From positions 125,651 through 189,650 of the forward strand of contig CAZKVJ010000005.1 of NCBI GenBank assembly GCA_964556225.1: 64,000 bases of DNA, in the 5' to 3' direction. Below, in pieces: positions 17,667 to 26,663 of this stretch. The stretch comes from an uncultured Ilumatobacteraceae bacterium (lineage in GTDB: Bacteria; Actinomycetota; Acidimicrobiia; Acidimicrobiales; Ilumatobacteraceae). A model generated the notes under the pieces. That model saw nothing but the letters and a program-made list of their open reading frames with translations, was not told the origin of the DNA and ran no database searches. The stretch's first letter is position 1; each line of letters opens with the position of its first letter. The position numbers and the translations under genes are program-made.

Positions 17667-18242
17667 GTGGCGGTCCGCCCGATCCTGACCATCGGACACC
17701 CGGTGCTGCGCGAGCGCGCTCGCGAGGTGGGCGCCGAGGAGCTCGCCTCACCGGACGTGCAGGCACTGGTCGACGACCTGGTCGACACCATGCGCCACGC
17801 CAGCGGGGCCGGGCTCGCCGCGCCGCAGGTCGGCGTGCCGCTGCGGATCGCGGTGGCCGAGGTGACGCACAACCCGCGCTACCCGTACAAGCCGCCGATC
17901 CCGCTGACCGTGGTGGTGAACCCCGTCATCGAGCCGCTCGACGGCGAGCTGGTCGAGATCAACGAGGGCTGCCTGTCCGTGCCCGATCTGCGCGGCAGCG
18001 TGATGCGCCACGTGAGCATCCGGCTCCGGTTCCTCGACCGTCACGGCGTGCCTCACGACGAGGTGCGTCGCGGCCTGACCGCGGGCACGTTCCAGCACGA
18101 GTGCGACCACCTCGACGGCACGCTGTTCGTCGACCGGGTCGTCGACACCAGGACGCTCACGACCTGGGAGCAGTTCGAGCGATTCCACCGCGCCGCGTTC
18201 GTCGAGCGCATCACCGCCTTCGTGGAGCGCGTCGGGTCGTGA
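17667..18242 (+). CDS. def: Peptide deformylase family metallohydrolase embedded in the hut operon
   Basis: All three PDF motifs are present: GAGLAAPQVG, EGCLSVP and QHECDHLDG. GTG start 2 nt after the hutU stop, and the stop overlaps the hutF GTG (GTGA). Confidence 0.85.
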   Translation: MAVRPILTIGHPVLRERAREVGAEELASPDVQALVDDLVDTMRHASGAGLAAPQVGVPLRIAVAEVTHNPRYPYKPPIPLTVVVNPVIEPLDGELVEINEGCLSVPDLRGSVMRHVSIRLRFLDRHGVPHDEVRRGLTAGTFQHECDHLDGTLFVDRVVDTRTLTTWEQFERFHRAAFVERITAFVERVGS

Positions 18243-19576
18243 CGACCGCCGCGACCACGACATGGTGCGAGCTGGCCTGGCTCGGAGGGACGACGCCGGC
18301 GGCGGGCGTCGTGGTGGACGTCGAGGGCGAGCACATCACCGCGGTGCGCGCCGGTGTCGCCACCCCACCCGCCGGCGCCACGGTCCGCCGGGGCCTCACG
18401 CTGCCCGGCATGGCGAACGCCCACAGCCACGCGTTCCACCGGGCGCTGCGCGGGCGGACCCACGGGGGCACCGGATCGTTCTGGACGTGGCGGGACCAGA
18501 TGTACGCCGTCGCCGCCGACCTCGACCCCGATCGCTACCGGCGCCTGGCCACAGCGGTGTTCGCCGAGACGGTGCTGGCCGGCTTCACGGCCGTGGGCGA
18601 GTTCCACTACCTGCACCACGATCCCGCGGGCCGCCCCTACGCCGAGCCGAACGCCATGGGCGACGCGCTCGTGGACGCAGCCGCCACCGCCGGCATCCGC
18701 CTGACGCTGCTCGACACCTGCTACCTGCACGGTGGCATCGGCCAGGAGCTGAACGAGGTCCAGCGCCGGTTCGCCGACGCGAGCGTCGACGCCTGGGCGG
18801 CCCGGGCGGCGGATCGGCGGGAGCCACCCCACGTCCGCCTCGGCGCCGCCGTGCACTCGGTGCGGGCCTGCACACCGGGCGAGATCCGCACCGTGGCGGC
18901 GTGGGCCACGAAGCGCGCGGCGCCCCTCCACGCCCACGTGAGCGAGCAGCCCGCCGAGAACGAGGCGTGCCGGGCCGCGTACGCGACGACACCGACCGGG
19001 GTGCTGTCCGCGGCCGGCGCGCTGGGCGAGCGGTTCACCGCCGTTCACGCGACGCACCTCGGCCCGTCCGACGTGGAGGCCCTTGCCACCGGGTCGGTGT
19101 GCCTGTGCCCGACGACGGAGCGCGACCTCGCCGACGGGATCGGACCCGCCGGCGCGCTGGCCGCCGCCGGCGCCCGGCTGTGCATCGGCAGCGACTCGCA
19201 CGCCGTCATCGACCCGTTCGAGGAAGCCCGGGCGGTCGAGCTCGACGAGCGGCTTGCCACGGGCGCCCGCGGCACGCTCGGCGTCGAGACGCTCGCCGCG
19301 GTCGCCACCGTCAACGGCCACGGCGCGCTCGGCTGGTCCGATGCCGGACGCATCGAGGTCGGCTGGCGCGCCGACCTGGTGACGGTGTCGCTCGACAGCG
19401 TCCGCCTCGCCGGCACGCCCCCGGCCGACGCGCTGGCCGGCGCGCTCTACGCCGCCGGAGCGTGCGACGTGACCCACGTGGTCGTCGGCGGGCGCGAGGT
19501 GGTGACCGACGGCCACCACGCTCGCCTCGACGTGGCCGCCGAGCTCACGGCGGTCATCCGAGAGGTGCTCGGGTGA
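18239..19576 (+). CDS. hutF: Formimidoylglutamate deiminase
   Basis: Amidohydrolase with HutF-type N-terminus (PGMANAHSHAFHRALRGRT...GSFWTWRDQMY). GTG 18239 is in frame inside the track ORF 18101..19576. Confidence 0.85.
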   Translation: MTTAATTTWCELAWLGGTTPAAGVVVDVEGEHITAVRAGVATPPAGATVRRGLTLPGMANAHSHAFHRALRGRTHGGTGSFWTWRDQMYAVAADLDPDRYRRLATAVFAETVLAGFTAVGEFHYLHHDPAGRPYAEPNAMGDALVDAAATAGIRLTLLDTCYLHGGIGQELNEVQRRFADASVDAWAARAADRREPPHVRLGAAVHSVRACTPGEIRTVAAWATKRAAPLHAHVSEQPAENEACRAAYATTPTGVLSAAGALGERFTAVHATHLGPSDVEALATGSVCLCPTTERDLADGIGPAGALAAAGARLCIGSDSHAVIDPFEEARAVELDERLATGARGTLGVETLAAVATVNGHGALGWSDAGRIEVGWRADLVTVSLDSVRLAGTPPADALAGALYAAGACDVTHVVVGGREVVTDGHHARLDVAAELTAVIREVLG

Positions 19577-20826
19577 TCGACGTCGACCTGATGGTGCGCA
19601 GTGCCCACGAGCTGCTCACCTGCCACGGTCCGCCCACCGGAGTGCGCCGGCCGATCGCCGTCGAGGTGATCCCGGATGGCGCGGTCGCCGTCCGCGACGG
19701 CAGCATCGTCGCCGTCGGTCCGACCGCCGACATCGATGTCCGCTATCGCGGCGCCGCCACCATCGACGCCACCGGACAGCTGGTGACCCCCGGCTTGGTG
19801 GACCCCCACACCCACCTCGTCCACGCCGGGTCCCGCCACCACGAGTGGGAGCACCGCGTCGCCGGGACCCCCTGGACCGGGCGACCGGCCGGCATCGCCT
19901 CGAGCGTGGTCGCCACCCGGGCCGCCACCGACGACGAGCTCACCGCGCACGCACTCGCCGACCTCGACGTCGCCCTGGCCCACGGCACGACGACGCTCGA
20001 GGCCAAGTCCGGCTACGGCCTGGACCACGACACCGAGCTGCGCCTGCTGCGCATCGCCACCCACCTGCATCACCCCGTCGAGGTGATCCCCACGTTCCTC
20101 GGTGCCCACGTCGTGCCGCCCGAGATGGCCGACCGGCGCAACGAGTACGTGCAGCAGGTGATCGGGATGCTGCCCGAGGCACGCCCGCTCACGGAGTGGT
20201 GCGACGTCTGGTGTGACCCGGTTGCGTTCAGCGCCGACGAGGCAGCCCGGATCCTCACCGCCGCCCGGGCCGCCGGCTTCGGCTGCCGGGTGCACGCCGA
20301 CCAGACCGGCTGCGCGGGCGGCACGGGCCTCGCCGTGCGCGCTGGGGCGGCATCGGTCGACCACCTCGACGAGGTGTCCGACGCCGACCTCGCGCTGCTC
20401 GGGGGCAGCGACACCGTCGCCGTGCTGCTGCCCGGCTGCACGCTGCACCTGCTCCAGGCCGGCCAACGGGACTGGCCGGCGTGGGCCCGGCGGGTGATGG
20501 ACAGCGGCGCGGTGGTGGCGCTCTCCACCGACTACAACCCGGGCAGCTGCCCCACGCTGTCCCTGCCGGTGGTGATGGGACTCGCCGCCCGCCTCTACCG
20601 GATGCGCACCGCCGAGATCTGGTACGGCGTCACGCTCAACGCCGCCGCCGCGCTGCGCCGGGCTGATCGCATCGGCAGCCTCGCCCCGGGCAAGCAGGCC
20701 GACCTGGTGCTGTGGTCGGTGCCGGAGCACGGCATGGTCGTGCACCGCTTCGGCACGAACCTCGTCGACACCGTCGTGAAGCGAGGCCAGGTCGTGGTCA
20801 GCGCTGGTGCCGTCGTGCGTGCGTGA
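19573..20826 (+). CDS. hutI: Imidazolonepropionase
   Basis: TPGLVDPHTHLV, LEAKSGYGL, TFLGAH, VHADQ and STDYNPGS are typical HutI motifs. GTGA overlap with hutF. Confidence 0.92.
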   Translation: MIDVDLMVRSAHELLTCHGPPTGVRRPIAVEVIPDGAVAVRDGSIVAVGPTADIDVRYRGAATIDATGQLVTPGLVDPHTHLVHAGSRHHEWEHRVAGTPWTGRPAGIASSVVATRAATDDELTAHALADLDVALAHGTTTLEAKSGYGLDHDTELRLLRIATHLHHPVEVIPTFLGAHVVPPEMADRRNEYVQQVIGMLPEARPLTEWCDVWCDPVAFSADEAARILTAARAAGFGCRVHADQTGCAGGTGLAVRAGAASVDHLDEVSDADLALLGGSDTVAVLLPGCTLHLLQAGQRDWPAWARRVMDSGAVVALSTDYNPGSCPTLSLPVVMGLAARLYRMRTAEIWYGVTLNAAAALRRADRIGSLAPGKQADLVLWSVPEHGMVVHRFGTNLVDTVVKRGQVVVSAGAVVRA

Positions 20827-21703
20827 CCCGAACTTCGGCCAGGGGGCGGCGCTCGGCCAGGTTGAGCGGCACGTGGCTCCCATCGGCGCGCTGCAGCACC
20901 AGCTCGTCGCACGCGAACGCCGCCGCGGCCGCCGGCGTGCGCGCTAGCAGCGTCGCCATCACCTCGGCCGCCTGCACCGACAGCTCCTGCAGCGAACGGT
21001 GGCGATGGCGGCGGGTGCCGAGGTCGACCTGAGCGATCGCCTCCGCCCCGAACCGCCCGGCGACGTCGATCACCATCCCGATCTCGGCGCCCCAGCCCTC
21101 GACGATGGGGATGGCCTCCATGGCGCTGCGCCGGCCGGCGAACTCGCCCGACAAGGGCTGCTCCAGCCCCGTGAGCTCGGGGAAGTAGAGCGACAGCAGC
21201 GGCCGGGCGACCAGCTCGGTGGTGCGCCCACCTCCGCCGTACTCGGTCGGGCGGTGGTAGCTGGCCTTCACCAGTGCCACCTTCGCGCCGGCCACCAGCG
21301 GCGCCAGCAGCCGCACCACCCAGCGTGGCTCGAAGCTGGTGATGTCGCCGTCGCACCACACGACCAGATCGCCGTGGCTGGCCGCGAGCGTCGCCCACAG
21401 GGCGTTGCCCTTGCCGTGGCCGACGCCGTAGGTGTGGTGGACGTCCTCGATGGACACGACCGTCGCCCCGGCGTCGGCGGCGACGCGCGCCGAGTCGTCG
21501 GTGCTGCGGTCGTCGAGGACGATCAGCTCGTCGACCACGCCGGTGCGCTCGATGAGCGTCGTGCGCACCGCGGTGACCAGGGAGCCGATCGTGGCCACCT
21601 CGTTCCGGCACGGGATGCACATCGAGACCGACCGCCCGGCCTTCGCCTCGACCACCCGGGCCGCGGTCCACCGCGCCGGGTCGAACGTCGTCACGGCGCT
21701 CAT
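20798..21703 (-). CDS. gpgS: Glucosyl-3-phosphoglycerate synthase (GT81)
   Basis: GT-A fold with VSMCIPCRNE, LIVLDDRSTDDS, GKGNALW, CDGDI and RTTELVARPLL, resembling mycobacterial GpgS. Confidence 0.8.
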   Translation of the reverse strand: MSAVTTFDPARWTAARVVEAKAGRSVSMCIPCRNEVATIGSLVTAVRTTLIERTGVVDELIVLDDRSTDDSARVAADAGATVVSIEDVHHTYGVGHGKGNALWATLAASHGDLVVWCDGDITSFEPRWVVRLLAPLVAGAKVALVKASYHRPTEYGGGGRTTELVARPLLSLYFPELTGLEQPLSGEFAGRRSAMEAIPIVEGWGAEIGMVIDVAGRFGAEAIAQVDLGTRRHRHRSLQELSVQAAEVMATLLARTPAAAAAFACDELVLQRADGSHVPLNLAERRPLAEVRVTHARRHQR

Positions 21704-21732
21704 CGGGCCCCGCCACGGTACGGTGCACCGCC

Positions 21733-22482
21733 GTGCTGCTCTATGGCGTCGTCAACGCCAGCCCCGACTCGCTGAACACCGACTCGATCGCCTCGACGCC
21801 GGAGGCCGCCCTGGCGCGGGCCCGGTCGCTGCTCGCCGACGGGGCCGATGCCATCGACCTCGGCGGGCAGGGCTCGACCGACGTCGCCGAGGTGGTCGCC
21901 TGGCAGGCGGAGTGGGCGCGGCTCGAAGCGATCGTCCCCGCGCTCGCCACGCTCGGCGTCGACGTGAGCGTCGACACGTGGCGACCCGAGGTGGCCCGGC
22001 GCGCCCTCCAGGCCGGTGCCACGGTGCTGAACGCCGCCGACGGGATGCAGGCCGACGCCATGTGGGAGGTGGCTGCCGACTTCGACGTGCCGATCGTGGT
22101 GCCGTTCCTGTCCGGACCCAACCCGCGCCAGATGGCGATGGTGGAGTCGGATCCGATCGAAGCGATCCTCTCGTTCTTCGAGGAGCGCCTGGCCGCCGCC
22201 GACCGCTACGGCCTGCGGCACCGGTGCATCGTGGACCCGGGAACGGGGTTCGCCCCGCCGAACTGGCCGTGGGAGCAGCGCTACGTGTATCAGAAGCGCG
22301 TCTACTCGAACCTGTCCGAGCTGCGCCGCTTCGGCCTGCCGCTGTACATCGCGCTGCCGTGGAAGGAGACGGCCCAGCACGACGAGCTGCTCGAGATCGT
22401 GGTGCGCCAGCAGCCCGAGTTCGGCCGCGCCCACTACCCGGCCAAGGTCCGCGCCACCGAACGGCGCCTCGGCCTCGGCTGA
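21733..22482 (+). CDS. Dihydropteroate synthase-like pterin-binding protein (FolP2-like)
   Basis: VVNASPDSLNTDS, GADAIDLGGQGS, VSVDTW, LNAADG and IVDPGTGF are DHPS-fold motifs. GTG start. It is divergent from gpgS. Confidence 0.75.
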   Translation: MLLYGVVNASPDSLNTDSIASTPEAALARARSLLADGADAIDLGGQGSTDVAEVVAWQAEWARLEAIVPALATLGVDVSVDTWRPEVARRALQAGATVLNAADGMQADAMWEVAADFDVPIVVPFLSGPNPRQMAMVESDPIEAILSFFEERLAAADRYGLRHRCIVDPGTGFAPPNWPWEQRYVYQKRVYSNLSELRRFGLPLYIALPWKETAQHDELLEIVVRQQPEFGRAHYPAKVRATERRLGLG

Positions 22483-22504
22483 CCCCGACTCGACCGGCAT
22501 CGCC

Positions 22505-23347
22505 TCACGCACCGAGCGGACCCCGCGGGTGCACCCCCATCGGCGGGAGCGTCGCGTCCCAGCCGTCCGGGCATCGCTCCGGTGCGATCTCGGCCAGCGG
22601 GGCCAGCACGAACCGGCGCTGCGCGTACCGGGGGTGGGGCACCACCAGCTCCGGGCTGTCGATGCGGATGTCGTCGTACATCAGCAGGTCGACGTCGAGC
22701 GTGCGTGGTCCCCAGTGCACGATCCGCTGGCGGTGTGCCGCGGCCTCGATCCGCTGGCACCGGCGCATGAAGGCGAAGGGGTCGAGCGAGGTCTCCACGA
22801 CCACAGCCATGTTCAGGTACGCACCCTGTCCGTCGGGGCCGCCAACCGGATCCGTCTCGAACACCTGCGACTGGGCCACGACGTCGCCCAGCTCGGCGAT
22901 CCCGTAGCGCAGGAACGCCTCGCGGTCGCCAAGGTTCGACCCGAGCGCCACGTACGCCCGGTGCACGGAGTGCGGCACCACCTCGACATCGGCGCGGGTG
23001 CGGCGGATCTGCACCGCGGTGGCCTCGACGTCCTCCGGGATCGGGGGGCGGAGCTTGGTGACGGTGACCTCCACGGCATCGACCCGGTCGAAGGCCAGCA
23101 CCTCCTCGGCCACCCGATGGGCGAGGCGCTCCAGCAGGAGGTCCTTGGCCTCGCGCACCAGCGAGGCGACGCGCTCGGCGACGGCCCCGTAGTTGGCGGT
23201 GTCGCCCAGCTCGTCGCTGCGTCCAGCGTCACGCAGGTCGACCTCGAGCGAGAGGTCGACGCGCAACGGCTGGGCGGCCTCGCGCTCGTGGGACAGGACC
23301 CCCACCACCGCCACGACCCGCAGGCCCTGGATCTCGATCCGGTCCAT
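22505..23347 (-). CDS. folBK: Bifunctional dihydroneopterin aldolase / HPPK (FolB-FolK fusion)
   Basis: The N-terminal ~120 aa are FolB-like (IEIQGLRVVAVVGVLSHEREAAQPLRVDLSLEVDL). The C-terminal part is HPPK (AYVALGSNLGD, GPRTLDVDLL, LVVPHPR). Confidence 0.88.
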   Translation of the reverse strand: MDRIEIQGLRVVAVVGVLSHEREAAQPLRVDLSLEVDLRDAGRSDELGDTANYGAVAERVASLVREAKDLLLERLAHRVAEEVLAFDRVDAVEVTVTKLRPPIPEDVEATAVQIRRTRADVEVVPHSVHRAYVALGSNLGDREAFLRYGIAELGDVVAQSQVFETDPVGGPDGQGAYLNMAVVVETSLDPFAFMRRCQRIEAAAHRQRIVHWGPRTLDVDLLMYDDIRIDSPELVVPHPRYAQRRFVLAPLAEIAPERCPDGWDATLPPMGVHPRGPLGA

Positions 23348-23366
23348 TCGACCCCCTCACCTCCCA

Positions 23367-23418
23367 ACTTCTGACGGAGTGTCATCGCTCTGGGAGCGAT
23401 CTTTGCCGCAAACAACTG
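23367..23418 (-). promoter_or_regulatory. 52-nt structured leader element, copy 2 (candidate cis-regulatory RNA upstream of folB-folK)
   Basis: The minus-strand read is CAGTTGTTTGCGGCAAAGATCGCTCCCAGAGCGATGACACTCCGTCAGAAGT. It starts 15 nt after the gatB stop codon and ends 19 nt before the folBK ATG. GGGAGGTGA (SD) follows directly. Confidence 0.5.
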
Positions 23419-23433
23419 CAAGCGCAGGTCGGG

Positions 23434-24870
23434 TCAGCCATTCGTGGCGCGGCGCTGCTGCAGCAGCGCCGTCACCGCCTTGCCATCGGCCTTGCCCTTG
23501 GACGACCTCATGATGGCACCGACCAGCGCGCCCGCTGCCTTGTCCTCGCCAGCGGCGTACTTCGCCCAGGCGTCGGGCTGGGCGGCGATCGCCTCGTCCA
23601 CCAACGACTCCAGCGCGCCGGTGTCGATCGCCTCGAAGCCCTTGGCCGCGGCGATCGCCGCCGGGTCGCCGCCTCCGGCATCGAGCAGCTCGGCCAGCAC
23701 CGCCTTGGCCTGGGTGGCAGTCAGCTTCCCACCGGCCTCCAGCGCGGCCAGCGCCGCCAGGTCGCTCGCCGGCACTCCCGGCGTCGGGCCCTCCTCGGCG
23801 TACGCCTGCTGCACGTGGACCAGCACCCGCCCGGCGTCGCCACCGGCATCGATGGCCGCCAGCACGTAGTCGTCCTGTCCCCGCTCGACCACCACCATGA
23901 CCGCCTCGCTGTCGGCGGCCGCTCCGGTCGCTGCGGCCAGCCGGGCCCGGCGCGCCGCCGGCAGCATCGGCAGCGAGTCACGGACCTCGGCGATCCACGC
24001 CTCGTCCGGTGCCAGCGGCACCAGGTCCGGCTCGAGGAAGTACCGGTAGTCGTCGGCGTCCTCCTTCGAGCGCAGCATGTGCGTACGCCCATCGGTCTCG
24101 TCCCAGTGACGGGTCTCCTGACGCACCGGCTCACCGGCCTCGAGCAGGTCGATCTGGCGCCGGGCCTCGTACTCGATCGCCCGTCCCAGCGAGCGGACCG
24201 AGTTCACGTTCTTGATCTCGCAGCGGGTGCCGAGCTCCTCGCCAGGCCGGCGCACCGACACGTTGGCGTCGACGCGCATCGAGCCCTCCTCCATCTTGGC
24301 GTCGGAGGCGCCGATGGCGACCAGGATCGCCCGCAGCTCGGTGACGTACTGGCGGGCCTGCTCGACGGTGCGGATGTCCGGCCGCCCGACGATCTCCACC
24401 AGCGGCACGCCGGCGCGGTTGAAGTCGATGAGCGAGTAGTCGCTGCCGTGGATCCGCCCGCCGGCCCCGCCGTAGTGGGTGGACTTCCCGGTGTCCTCCT
24501 CGAGGTGGACCCGCTCGATGCCGATGCGGGTGCCGTCGGGCAGCGCCAGCCACCCGTCGACGTTCAGCGGCTGGTCGTACTGGCTGATCTGATACGCCTT
24601 GGGAAGGTCCGGGTAGAAGTAGTTCTTCCGGTGGAACGTGCTCGGCTGCACCTGGCAGTTCAGTGCAAGGCCGATCATCATCGCCAGCTCCACCGCCCGG
24701 CGGTTCAGCACCGGCAAGGCGCCAGGCAAGCCGAGGCTGACCGGGTCGATGTGCGTGTTCGGGTCGTCACCGAAGCGGTTCGGGCTGGCGCTGAACAGCT
24801 TGGTGCGGGTGGCCAGCTCGACGTGTACCTCGAGCCCGACCACCATCTCCCATCCGTCGATCGTGGTCAT
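23434..24870 (-). CDS. gatB: Asp-tRNA(Asn)/Glu-tRNA(Gln) amidotransferase subunit B
   Basis: [24 protein letters not shown] and DANVSVR are canonical GatB sequences. Confidence 0.95.
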   Translation of the reverse strand: MTTIDGWEMVVGLEVHVELATRTKLFSASPNRFGDDPNTHIDPVSLGLPGALPVLNRRAVELAMMIGLALNCQVQPSTFHRKNYFYPDLPKAYQISQYDQPLNVDGWLALPDGTRIGIERVHLEEDTGKSTHYGGAGGRIHGSDYSLIDFNRAGVPLVEIVGRPDIRTVEQARQYVTELRAILVAIGASDAKMEEGSMRVDANVSVRRPGEELGTRCEIKNVNSVRSLGRAIEYEARRQIDLLEAGEPVRQETRHWDETDGRTHMLRSKEDADDYRYFLEPDLVPLAPDEAWIAEVRDSLPMLPAARRARLAAATGAAADSEAVMVVVERGQDDYVLAAIDAGGDAGRVLVHVQQAYAEEGPTPGVPASDLAALAALEAGGKLTATQAKAVLAELLDAGGGDPAAIAAAKGFEAIDTGALESLVDEAIAAQPDAWAKYAAGEDKAAGALVGAIMRSSKGKADGKAVTALLQQRRATNG

Positions 24871-26309
24871 GACCCGACTCCTGCGCGTTCGAGGGCGGCC
24901 GCCACCCGGAACATCACCGCCTCGCCGAGCATGGGCGCCAGCACCTGCACGCCGACCGGCAGGCCGCCCGCACCGGTGCCGAACGGCACGCTCATCCCCG
25001 GATGGCCGGCCAGGTTCGTCGGGATGGTGTAGGTGTCGCAGAGGTACATCGCCAGCGGGTTGTCGGTCTTGGCGCCGAGCGGGAAGGCGACGGTCGGCGA
25101 CGTCGGTGTCAGCAGCACGTCCGCGCTGCGATACGCGGCGTCGAAGTCCTGGGCGATCAGCCGGCGGACCTTCAGCGCCTTGCCGTAGTAGGCGTCGTAG
25201 TAGCCGGCCGACAGGGCGTACGTGCCGAGCATGATGCGACGCTTCACCTCTGCTCCGAAGCCCGCCTCACGGGTGGCGGCGTACATGGCGTTGGTGTCCG
25301 CGGCCGGCACCCGCAAGCCGTAGCGGACGCCGTCGTAGCGGGCCAGGTTGCTGCTGGCCTCCGCCGGCGCGACCAGGTAGTAGGCGGTGAGCCCGTACGT
25401 GAACGCCGGCACCTGCACGTCGACCATCGTGGCGCCGGCGGCGCGCAGGGCGTCGAAGGCGGCCTCCAGCCGCTCGAGCACATCGGCGTCGGCGCCGCCC
25501 GGCAGGTCGACGATCCGTCCGACCCTCAGGCCCTCCACACCCTGGTCGAGCACCGTCGACAGCGCAGGGGCAGGTTGCGGGATGGACGTGGAGTCGTGCG
25601 GATCGTGGCCGCCGATCACCTCCAGCAGCGCGGCGGCGTCGGCAACGGTCGTGGCGAACGGACCGATCTGGTCGAGGCTCGACGCGAACGCCACCAGGCC
25701 CCAGCGCGACACCAGGCCGTAGGTGGGCTTGACGCCGACGACGCCGCACAGCGCGGCGGGTTGGCGGATCGACCCGCCAGTGTCGCTGCCGAGCGACACG
25801 GGGGCGAACCCGGCCGCCACGGCGGCGGCGCTGCCACCGCTGCTGCCGCCGGGGACGCGCGAGGTGTCGTGGGGGTTGCGGGTGGGCCCGAACGCCGAGT
25901 TCTCGGTGCTCGACCCCATGGCGAACTCGTCCAGGTTCGTCTTGCCGATCGCCACGGCGCCGGCGGCGGCCAGCCGCTTCACGACGGTGGCGTCGTACGG
26001 CGGGCGCCACCCCTCGAGGATTCGGCTGCTGCAGGTGGTCGGCACCCCGCGGGTGCACAGGTTGTCCTTCAGCGCGATCGGCACCCCGGCCAGCGGTCCC
26101 GGGTCCTCGCCCCGCGCCACCTGCTCGTCGACGGCGGCGGCGGCGGCACGGGCCGGCTCGGCCATGACCAGGTTGAACGCGTGCACCTCCGGTTCGCGCT
26201 CGGCGATGCGGACGAGGTGCTCGTCGAGCACGTCCAGCGCCCGCCGGCGTCCGGCGCGCACGTCGGCGGCGATCGCGAGCGCCGTCGTGGCACCCGGCCC
26301 GGCGGTCAC
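24867..26309 (-). CDS. gatA: Asp-tRNA(Asn)/Glu-tRNA(Gln) amidotransferase subunit A
   Basis: Amidase signature [14 protein letters not shown]...[16 protein letters not shown] overlap with gatB. Confidence 0.95.
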   Translation of the reverse strand: MTAGPGATTALAIAADVRAGRRRALDVLDEHLVRIAEREPEVHAFNLVMAEPARAAAAAVDEQVARGEDPGPLAGVPIALKDNLCTRGVPTTCSSRILEGWRPPYDATVVKRLAAAGAVAIGKTNLDEFAMGSSTENSAFGPTRNPHDTSRVPGGSSGGSAAAVAAGFAPVSLGSDTGGSIRQPAALCGVVGVKPTYGLVSRWGLVAFASSLDQIGPFATTVADAAALLEVIGGHDPHDSTSIPQPAPALSTVLDQGVEGLRVGRIVDLPGGADADVLERLEAAFDALRAAGATMVDVQVPAFTYGLTAYYLVAPAEASSNLARYDGVRYGLRVPAADTNAMYAATREAGFGAEVKRRIMLGTYALSAGYYDAYYGKALKVRRLIAQDFDAAYRSADVLLTPTSPTVAFPLGAKTDNPLAMYLCDTYTIPTNLAGHPGMSVPFGTGAGGLPVGVQVLAPMLGEAVMFRVAAALERAGVGS

Positions 26310-26608
26310 AGCTCCATCCCGATGATCGGCGGCACCCGGAAGCGGCCGTCCTCGGCGTCAGGGGCAGCCGCCAGCACCTCGTCGCGGTCGAGCGTGTCCG
26401 CCTCGACGTCGTCGCGCAGCACATTCACGAGCGGGTAGGGCTGGTTCATCGGCGCCACGTCATCGAGGTCGAGCGCGTCGATGTCGGCGAAGTGGTCGAG
26501 CATGCTGGCGAGCTGGCGGGTGTAGACCTCGATCTCCTCGGCGCTCAGCTCCAGTCGGGCGAGCTTGGCCACCTTCACGATCTCGGCGCCGGTGATACGT
26601 TCGGACAC
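26306..26608 (-). CDS. gatC: Asp-tRNA(Asn)/Glu-tRNA(Gln) amidotransferase subunit C
   Basis: 100 aa, [24 protein letters not shown] start. It overlaps the gatA start. Confidence 0.9.
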   Translation of the reverse strand: MSERITGAEIVKVAKLARLELSAEEIEVYTRQLASMLDHFADIDALDLDDVAPMNQPYPLVNVLRDDVEADTLDRDEVLAAAPDAEDGRFRVPPIIGMEL

Positions 26609-26663
26609 GGGGTCCGATGCTACGGCTCAGATGGGCCGGATGATGCCCGCAACCGATCGTCCC

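Noticed and set aside
20798-20826. Convergent 3' overlaps: hutI/gpgS 29 nt, lnt/dtd 47 nt at 41901-41947, the zincin-like gene and MFS 77 nt at 55529-55605, and galT/lgt 11 nt.
   Set aside because: Tail-to-tail overlaps of this size are common in compact high-GC genomes. I see no additional signal such as slippery sites or conserved structure pointing to a special mechanism.
23367-23418. Assignment of the 52-nt element to a named riboswitch class (THF-I, THF-II, ZTP, preQ1, SAM-II/V or guanidine classes).
   Set aside because: I could not match its conserved nucleotides to any consensus I can recall. Only the architecture is THF-II-like, so it is reported as an unclassified candidate.
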